Part shown: positions 55,789 through 64,000 of the stretch, piece after piece | Layout of the letters: every line of letters starts with the position of its first letter | How positions within the stretch are numbered: position 1 is the stretch's first letter | DNA from: Mayamaea pseudoterrestris | Taxonomy: Eukaryota | Direction: 5' to 3' | DNA length: 64,000 bases | NCBI GenBank assembly: GCA_027923505.1 | Contig: BROI01000021.1 | Location: 124,001-188,000 of the forward strand | Notes under the pieces: generated by a model | What the model saw: the letters and a program-made list of their open reading frames with translations, nothing else | Database searches by the model: none | What the model was told of the DNA's origin: nothing | Program-made: the position numbers and the translations under genes

Positions 55789-55885
55789 GATGCTTTTCTA
55801 TCTTGTCAACGCGGCAGAAGATGCAGTTGTTCCTTCATGGCGCGCTCGCGAGATTCGAACGAACGTCAAGTTGTTGTTCCTTATT

Positions 55886-56120
55886 ACAAAACAAGTGCCA
55901 GTGAAAACTGCGTCACATTGTAACAAAGGCTTTACTACAAAACAACTGCCAGTGAAAACTGCGTCAGAAAGGTCATAAAGGTTTAACTACAAAACAACTG
56001 CCAGTGAAAACTGCGTCAGAAAGGTCATAAAGGTTTAACTACAAAACAACTGCCAGTGAAAACTGCGTCACAAGGGTCACAAAGGCTTAATAACAAAACA
56101 AGTGCCAATGAAAACTGCGT
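55886..56120. repeat. ~52-bp intergenic minisatellite, about 4.6 copies
   Basis: Unit ACAAAACAACTGCCAGTGAAAACTGCGTCAGAAAGGTCATAAAGGTTTAACT; the two central copies are identical. Confidence 0.95.
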
Positions 56121-56251
56121 GGCTTTGTTATGACGCACGCTCAATGTTGTCGTATCGTTAATGAAAGTCTCGCTTCCACCACCGATCGAGCGCGACCATG
56201 ACATCAGTTTCCCGTTTGCTCGGCATTTTCTTTTGATTCTGTCCTTCCACA

Positions 56252-59095
56252 ATGACCAAGAATAGCGAGAAGAAACGCCGCAAGAAGGAGAATCGACGTC
56301 GAAGACAAGTAGACGAGGAGCGAAAGCGAGAATTCCCGCAGACCCAGCGACAGCCAAGCCCATCGCCTTCATGCAGCGACAGCAAAGTTGTGGCAGCCGC
56401 GTCAGACACTATACATGAGATCAAGACGCCGTCCTTGGCGCCATTTGCAGCTAGAAAACGTCAGCTATCTTCAATTTCATTCGTTTATCCCGCGGAGAGA
56501 CAGCCGCCACTGCAGCAGCAGCAATCCAAGAGGTATGCCTTTGGAACCTTCCAACCAATGTCAGCAGCCTCATCGACGACAACTTCACTTTTTGAGGACG
56601 AATCATCGCGATTTCGATCCTTATCCAGCCTAAACTCTGATAACGAAGAAATTAAGCCCAGTAATTGCTGTAACGGTAATACTGAAAGCAAAACAGAATC
56701 AATCCAAGACATTCTCTTTGGATCTAAACCGAAGCGCTCAAAATTAGACTCACCAACAGCTGCTGATGAAAATACAAAATCAACAAGCAAGATGAAAGAT
56801 TCGAGACTTCAACAACATGCAATGCAGTCGCATATTTCCAATCAAACTGTCGACCAAGCCATTCGCGACCGTCAAGGGCTTCGTCCTCGAGCCAATTCAA
56901 CGGATGGCGAGCTAATGTTGCCGCAGCGAGGGCTCTGCGACGAGCGAGAGGTACTCGCCGCTCATGCTTGGAATCTACAAAAACATACTTTGGGTAAAAA
57001 TCCCAAGGGACTTATGAACCTTGGAAACACTTGCTTTTTAAATAGTACGCTGCAATGTCTAGCATACTTGCCGCCATTTTGTCAAACGCTCATGGCGCTA
57101 CCAGAATTAGACTATAATGGAGCTAGTCCAAAGATGAGTCAGGGAAGAAAAGTCACATATTTGCTGCGCTCGCTCTTTCGTCGGATGCACGACCACGCAA
57201 ACAGTCATTCCGCCGTGGCGCCCCGCACGATTGTCAATGCCCTGTCAATACTCGGGTCCATTGGCAAGCGCAATGGCGGTGGCTACAGATTTCGTCCTGG
57301 ACGACAAGAGGATGCTCATGAGTTTCTAGTGCACTTGCTAGACGCCATGAATGATGGTGAACTGCGCGAGGCTGGCATTCAGCAAGAAAGGAGCGGCTGG
57401 CGTGATCGACTGCCCGTGCCGCGGCTGGATGAAACAACATTGTTGCGTCGCATCTTTGGCGGATACTTCCGCAATGAAGTCAAATGTACGCAATGCAGCA
57501 AGAAGAGCAAAACGTATGATCCGTTTTTGGACTTGAGTTTGGAAGTGAGCCGAAAAGCTTGCAACAGTTTGGATGACGCCATTCGTGAGTTTACTCGCAA
57601 GGAAACGCTCGACTCGGAGAATCGATGGAAGTGTCCGGGGTGCAACAAGAGGGTATGCGCGGTCAAGCAATTAACTGTCTTTCGGCCACCACTTGCTTTG
57701 TGCATTCAGTTAAAGCGATTCTCGTTTGGTGGTGGCATGAGCTTTGGAAGTGGCTTTAAAAAGAGATTCGGCGGTGGCAATATGAAGATTACAAGACCGA
57801 TAGAGTTTCCAGCACATTTTGAATTGCCATTGAGTGATGGGCGCTCATGTGGATACGCTTTGACAGGTGTAGTCATTCACGTTGGCGGTAGCGCTAATTC
57901 CGGACATTATACGGCGTACGTCAAGCGGCCTGCTGAAATTGGGTTTGGCAGTTGGTTTCACATGGACGACTCGTACGTCCAGCAAGTATCCGAAAACACC
58001 GTGCTAAGGCAACGCGATGCTTATGTCTTGTTTTACTGTCGCCGAGAAGTCCGTCTTGAGTTTCCCTCTCCTCCGTTGCGTAGCTCCATGACCGCGGATG
58101 AAGCAACCAAGCTCGGTCGAGCCAAGTCAAGGGCGCGAGCGGAAAGCATTGATAATACTACCACGGCTGCGCCGGAGCATGCAAATTTATCAAATTTTGC
58201 CGAAGCACCAGCTGCTGGTAATCAGCAAAATGAAGTAAAGGAGAATCCTCTGTCCAAGCCATCATCAACGACTGAGTTGCGAACGACAAAACCTTGCGCC
58301 GACAACTTTTTGAAGCAATCTCGACCGTCCGTGTATGATGACCGACGTAATTCTGGCAAGTCGTCGTCGGACAGTGACGAAAGTGATGCTTCGTCCGCTG
58401 CTGAGATGCTTACACCTTCTAAACGTGAGGAAACGAATCATTCCGACGCAAATGATCCTGCAAAAAGTCCAGTGGCGAACGATACTGAAGCGCAACAGCC
58501 ACATTCAAGTAGCAAGATAAAGGTGAACAGTATTGATATGATTATGCCAGCAACAGAATCATCGCCTGCAAACTTGTCGCATTTGCAGCATCAGAAGTCG
58601 CCGTCTTTGACAACGAAGACTCGAATCATTGTCGACCGAGGCGCGGGTCGCGAGAAGATTGAAGTCATGTTGGGGCCGCGTCGAAATACAAAAGCCTGGA
58701 GACCTGATGCGTCCAGCTTCGCTGGTAAAGATGAAGAATATAGCCTGCTAGGAACTCAGCGAGTGAATGGCTGGAGTAACGAGTCGGAATTGTCACACGG
58801 AGATGCTACTAAGGACAAGGAGGAACGAAAGCACCTTGTAGCATCCATGGAGAGGGCGGAGAATAAGCGAAAGCGTCAGCAATTCTTGGACCGATGGGAT
58901 GCAGCTCTCGACACTGGCAAGAACAAGAAAGTCAAGGCGCGCAAGGACCCCTTCACTGCAACGGATCCGAAAGACAACGTTTTCCAGAAGCTACAGTCGG
59001 ATGTGGTGAACATGTTTGGCCATCAAAGCAAGAACAACAACAAATCTCCGTTTACGTTCAAGACGAAAAAATCGTTAAAGAAAAGTAGCAGATAG
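56252..59095 (+). CDS. Ubiquitin-specific protease (C19), USP36/USP42-like
   Basis: Cys box GLMNLGNTCFLNSTLQCL, GRQEDAHEFL, DPFLDLSL, QLKRF, His box HVGGSANSGHYTAYV, WFHMDD, AYVLFY. Tail ...DRWDAALDTGKNKKVK. Confidence 0.92.
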   Translation: MTKNSEKKRRKKENRRRRQVDEERKREFPQTQRQPSPSPSCSDSKVVAAASDTIHEIKTPSLAPFAARKRQLSSISFVYPAERQPPLQQQQSKRYAFGTFQPMSAASSTTTSLFEDESSRFRSLSSLNSDNEEIKPSNCCNGNTESKTESIQDILFGSKPKRSKLDSPTAADENTKSTSKMKDSRLQQHAMQSHISNQTVDQAIRDRQGLRPRANSTDGELMLPQRGLCDEREVLAAHAWNLQKHTLGKNPKGLMNLGNTCFLNSTLQCLAYLPPFCQTLMALPELDYNGASPKMSQGRKVTYLLRSLFRRMHDHANSHSAVAPRTIVNALSILGSIGKRNGGGYRFRPGRQEDAHEFLVHLLDAMNDGELREAGIQQERSGWRDRLPVPRLDETTLLRRIFGGYFRNEVKCTQCSKKSKTYDPFLDLSLEVSRKACNSLDDAIREFTRKETLDSENRWKCPGCNKRVCAVKQLTVFRPPLALCIQLKRFSFGGGMSFGSGFKKRFGGGNMKITRPIEFPAHFELPLSDGRSCGYALTGVVIHVGGSANSGHYTAYVKRPAEIGFGSWFHMDDSYVQQVSENTVLRQRDAYVLFYCRREVRLEFPSPPLRSSMTADEATKLGRAKSRARAESIDNTTTAAPEHANLSNFAEAPAAGNQQNEVKENPLSKPSSTTELRTTKPCADNFLKQSRPSVYDDRRNSGKSSSDSDESDASSAAEMLTPSKREETNHSDANDPAKSPVANDTEAQQPHSSSKIKVNSIDMIMPATESSPANLSHLQHQKSPSLTTKTRIIVDRGAGREKIEVMLGPRRNTKAWRPDASSFAGKDEEYSLLGTQRVNGWSNESELSHGDATKDKEERKHLVASMERAENKRKRQQFLDRWDAALDTGKNKKVKARKDPFTATDPKDNVFQKLQSDVVNMFGHQSKNNNKSPFTFKTKKSLKKSSR

Positions 59096-59210
59096 GTTGC
59101 AATGTAAAGTTGTACCTATACCTTGTACTCTCCATCAAGCGAACGACATTGACAGTAAGACAGCTTTTGAGTTGTCCGTAACTACATCCACTTCGAGAGT
59201 CTCCCTCTCT

Positions 59211-60786
59211 TTAAGCAAAGATACGCTTGCTGGGGTCGGCGTTGTCGATATCATCAACTAGCACCTGGAAGTCAGAGGCGGTGATTGCCTTAAGCTCATC
59301 AATAGAGCATAGTCCTCCATTGTCTCCTCGAATGGCATACTTGTCGAACGTTCTAATAGCTGAGTTAAACCGCGCCCGATCCATGGCGTTACGCACTGTT
59401 CTGGCGTTGGAAAAGTACGGTAGGTTCATGCGCTTGGCAATGTAGTTCTTGAAGACAGGGTATGCGGCCTGGTCAATGTCGTATTCCAAGTCTTCCGACA
59501 TGACGGAAGCAATTTGGACGAGCTCATCGGCCGAGTAGTTGGGAAAATCAATGTGGTTACCAATTCGTGACATCATTCCTGGAATGTAAGAGAAAAACTT
59601 GTCCATCCTGTCTTTGTATCCAGCGAGCGCCACGACGAGGTCCTCCTGGTTATTCTCCATGATGTTGAGAAGAATCTCAATGGATTCTTGACCGTAATCG
59701 CGGTCATTGGCAGCATTGTAGAGATAGTAAGCTTCGTCAACCAGCAAGACACCACCCATGGCCTTTTTGATCATCTCCTTTGTTTTTGGCGCCGTGTGGC
59801 CAACGTACTGACCAACAAGGTCATCACGCGTTGCCAAAACAACATGTCCCCGACGCGAGTATCCCATTTTGGCAAGAATTTGTCCCATGCGAACGGCGAC
59901 AGTGGTTTTTCCAGTTCCTGGAGCTCCAGTAAAGCACATGTGTAGAGAAGGGACGGCGGTTTCGAATCCAAGCTTGCGGCGCATCTTGTCTAGGACTAAG
60001 AGTGCGGCGATTTCGCGAACGCGCTTTTTGACAGGCACAAGACCAACGAGCTCTCTATCAAGCTTGTCGAGCTGATCCTGAACACCTTCCTTGAACATGA
60101 ATTCGTCGACTATACATTATAGCGAACACGAAAAAGAGGTGTGAATGTGTCAGACATGCAAATGGCCTTGTGAACTTAAGCAAAATTAATTTTCTGTAAG
60201 AAATACTCACCAGTTCCAGCCGGAGTATGGTCAGGCATGTCTCTCATGTACTTGATTTTGGCGAGACGAGCATCCCGGCGCATTTCTGCTTGTCGCTCGC
60301 GCGCCATGGCTTCTTCCTCATCCTTGCGTCGTTCGATGTCAGCCTCGTTGAGTCGATCGCGGAGCCGCACCGTTTTGGCGTTTGGATCATTTCCGCCAGT
60401 GTACTGAAGGGATGGTGTGTTTCCGAACGGATTGGCATTGTTTGCAGCTGGAGCTGGGGATGGTGAAGGAGCTGGGGCTGGAGCAGGTGGAGCGTACGTG
60501 GCCGGGGCAGCCGCTGGAGGTGCAGATGACTGCGGCGCAGGTGCCGGAGCCGATGGCGACGGGTAGTATGAACTGAATGGAGGAGGACCAGCATTGTCGT
60601 ACAGAGTCGTTGCCTGTGACATGATGGGTTAGATGAAAGTGTAAGAGACTTTGTTGCTAGTGTACCGGCAGTGTTTAAGGCATTGTGCAGTCTCGTTCAA
60701 TTTACCCGTTGACTCGCTCCAAACTTTGGTACAAAGGCTGAAGCCGACGAGATGCACAGCGTGATGAACGCGGCAGAGAATCTCAT
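59211..60786 (-). CDS. cbbX: Nuclear-encoded red-type Rubisco activase CbbX, plastid-targeted; exons 60786-60706, 60613-60211, 60109-59211
   Basis: Exon 1 encodes MRFSAAFITLCISSASA-FVP. AAA+ core LDRELVGLVPVKKRVREIAALL, HMCFTGAPGTGKTT, DDLVGQYVGHTAPKT, VDEAYYL, DYGQE, FSNARTVRNA. Both introns are GT-AG with matching phase. Confidence 0.95.
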
Positions 60787-61289
60787 GATCGATGGATGCA
60801 CTACAGGACTGTATGTACTTGAAAATAAGTACTACTGTAATGAGTTACAAGCCGAGCAGACGGCCGATTGGATGTCAAAATCTTCATGGAGGGTGATCGA
60901 TCGATGGATCCAAGGCAAAGTACGTCACTCAAATGCCGACGTCTGTAGGGACTGGACAAATCACGAATTTGAAAACACGTGGCATGATTTAATTGGTTGT
61001 TTCAAATGTCCGTTTCCATTAATGACTGCAGAAACCGGTAAGATGATCACTATCTTTCAAAGAGTACTAGCTGATCATCTATGTCTCGTATCGTTACTCA
61101 CAACGGCTGAAGTCACATCATGGCATTGGATTCAATGGCGCGCGGGCGCGCCAAGTTCCAATGCATCGAAGCTTGGAACGAGTTGAGCAGGATGCACAAC
61201 AACTCACGGAAGGTTTCTGCCGGCACTGCCCTTGCTATTGCAATCCCATCCATTGTCCCTTACTCACCAAGCAAAAGGTCTCCAGTATC

Positions 61290-63873
61290 ATGACCATGTA
61301 TGTCATGAAACGCGATGGCAAGCGCGAGTCTGTCCATTTTGACAAGATCACCAGTCGCATTTCCAAGCTTTGCAATGGACTCGACAGCAAGGTACGGAAG
61401 ATGCATGAATCAGACGCTTACAATCGCACATATTATTCATTGTCAGCTAATCCTTCTATTCACGTTTATATTCTATATTAGCACGTCGATCCGGTGATTG
61501 TTTCGCAAAAGGTCATTCAAGGCGTCTACCCTGGAGTGACGACGAGTCAACTTGATGAACTTGCCGCCGAGATTGCTGCTACCATGGCTACTCAGCATCC
61601 AGACTATAGCATTCTCGCTGCTCGCATCTCGGTTTCAAACCTTCACAAGATGACAACTGACAAGTTTTCGGAGCTCGTCGAGCTGTTTTATCACTATAAG
61701 CACCCCAAAACGAATGAGCAAGCTCCACTCGTTTCGGAGGAAGTCTATCAGATCGTTCAAAAGCACAAGGAACGACTCGACAAGGCCGTCGTACATGCTC
61801 GCGACTTTGAATATGACTTTTTCGGTTTCAAGACGCTTGAAAAGTCATACTTGCTCAAGATACATGGCAAGATTGCGGAACGTCCGCAGCTCATGCTCAT
61901 GCGCGTCGCCTGCGGCATTCATGGAGATGACATTGAAAGCATCATTGAAACATACCATTTGCTTTCGCAGCGTTTCTTTACGCATGCGACGCCAACCTTG
62001 TTCAACGCTGGAACGCCCATGCCGCAAATGTCCTCGTGCTTCTTGCTCACCATGAAGGATGACTCGATTGACGGCATTTACGATACGCTCAAGAATTGCG
62101 CGATTATTTCAAAGTACGCTGGAGGCATCGGACTTGCGATTCACAATATTCGCGGAAGCAAGTCCTACATTCGCGGCACCAACGGAACATCCAATGGAAT
62201 TGTTCCCATGCTTCGCGTCTTCAACAATACGGCTCGCTATGTTGATCAAGGAGGCGGCAAGCGCAAGGGAAGCATCGCCATTTACTTGGAACCCTGGCAT
62301 TCGGATATCTATGACTTCCTTGACTTGCGCAAGAACCACGGAAACGAGTCGGACCGGGCCCGCGACTTGTTTTATGCCTTGTGGATGCCTGACTTGTTCA
62401 TGGAGCGCGTCAAGAGCAATGGCACGTGGAGCTTGATGTGCCCAAACGAATGTCCGGGACTGTCGGATGTTTGGGGCGACGAGTTTGTTGCGCTCTACAC
62501 AAAGTACGAGCAGGAAGGCAAGGCTCGCAAGACAGTCAAGGCGCAGCATTTGTGGTTTGCCATTTTGGATTCGCAAATGGAGACGGGTACGCCGTACATG
62601 CTATACAAGGACCATTGCAACCGCAAATCCAACCAGCAGAATCTCGGAACCATCAAAAGTTCCAACCTTTGCTGTGAAATTGTCGAGTATACGGCCCCGG
62701 ACGAAACGGCTGTTTGCAACTTGGCGAGTATAAGTTTGTCCATGCTAGTCAAGAATGGAGTGTTTGACTTTGGCAAGCTCAAGGAAGTGACGGAAGTTGT
62801 CGTCAAGAACTTGAACAAAATTATCGACCGCAACTTTTATCCAATTGAGGAAGCCAAGCGGTGAGTGCATTGTATTGCGAGTGTTGCTGACAGGTGTGGC
62901 TCGCCATCATAAACACTAACAGCCCATTGCCTTTGCATGCAGATCCAACATGCGCCACCGACCCATTGGCATTGGTGTGCAGGGCCTAGCCGACTGCTTC
63001 CAGATGCTGAAGATTCCCTTTGACTCGCTCACAGCTCGCCAGTTGAACCGCGATATTTTCGAAACCATATACTTTGGGGCTTGCACCGCTAGTATCGATT
63101 TGGCGGCAATTGATGGAGCGTATGAAACGTACGAGGGATGTCCAGCCAGTAAGGGGCAGCTTCAGTTTGACTTGTGGGGCGTCGAGCCGAGCAAGCGCTG
63201 GGACTGGGCTCGTCTTAAGGAAAAGCTGGCTACGCATGGTATGCGCAATTCCTTGTTGGTTGCTCCAATGCCAACGGCTTCAACTGCTCAAATCCTTGGC
63301 AACAATGAAGGCACCGAACCGTTCACGTCCAACATGTACAATCGTCGCGTCCTAGCCGGCGAGTTCACCGTTGTAAATAAGCATTTGCTCCGCGAGTTAA
63401 CGGCTGCTGGAATTTGGAACGAAAGCGTTCGCAACACGCTCATTGCTCACAACGGATCAGTCCAAAACATTGCGGAAATCCCACAAGGAATTCGCGAGAT
63501 CTACAAGACTGTCTGGGAGATTCCGCAAAAGGCGGTACTAGAAATGGCTGCGGATCGCGCCCCGTTCATTTGCCAGAGCCAGAGTTTGAATATTCACCTT
63601 GCCGAGGTAAGCCACAAAAAGCTCACGTCCATGCACTTTTTTGCCTGGCAGCTTGGTTTAAAGACTGGCATGTACTACCTGCGCACTCGTCCCAAGGCGG
63701 ATGCCATCAAATTCACGGTTGACCAACAGCAACTCAAGTTGACTACGGGCGTGGACGCTGGCAAAATGACAAGAAGCTCCTCGTCTCCGACAAGTGCCAT
63801 GAGTACCTTGACGCATGCGGTCAAGAGTCTGGGCATGGACGAGGAGGAGGAATGCCTCAATTGTGGGGCATGA
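61290..63873 (+). CDS. RRM1: Ribonucleoside-diphosphate reductase large subunit (class Ia); exons 61290-61391, 61482-62860, 62943-63873
   Basis: ATP cone [73 protein letters not shown]-terminal CLNCGA. Confidence 0.97.
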
Positions 63874-64000
63874 ATGGAATTACAGATAATTGACGAAAAC
63901 TAGCGTCGTTGCTCTTAAGCATTTCAAGATAAGGTATTAAGAAAGTACTACTTATAGTCACGATTATATGTCACCGGGCATGTAGAACCCGCCAGCGAAT

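Noticed and set aside
55886..56120. CRISPR-like array (conserved ~30-bp core with variable ~22-bp parts)
   Set aside because: The variable parts are homologous to each other (two are identical), there are no cas genes, and the context is eukaryotic. It is a minisatellite.

Overview
This is gene-dense eukaryotic nuclear DNA, almost certainly from a diatom or related ochrophyte. Evidence: short GT-AG introns, bipartite signal-peptide + 'ASAF' plastid presequences, and a nuclear-encoded red-type CbbX. About 24 protein-coding genes are supported. Most are housekeeping (proteasome alpha-3, UTP21, SF3A3, CTR9, SEC6, TIM21, NAXE, USP, RNR large subunit), and several encode predicted plastid proteins (FKBP, GLYR, 5'-nucleotidase, CbbX). 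No rRNA, tRNA, CRISPR array or recognisable transposase was found. Unusual elements: (1) an ~8 kb block (about 2.3-10.5 kb) with a spliced, repeat-built ~1670-aa two-TM orphan carrying PP1-docking-like motifs, followed by four different satellite arrays; (2) an 860-aa predicted plastid protein with two protease-free I29-like domains, a coiled coil and a Pro/Ala/Lys linker studded with repeated 'T/S-hydrophobic-S-hydrophobic-F-S/G' motifs, a candidate multivalent plastid/pyrenoid scaffold; (3) a ~2094-aa chromatin protein with an apparent PDZ domain inside a PHD finger; (4) an EEVS-type sugar-phosphate cyclase; (5) an M23 peptidase; (6) a 52-bp promoter minisatellite. All assignments come from manual motif recognition; no database searches were run.
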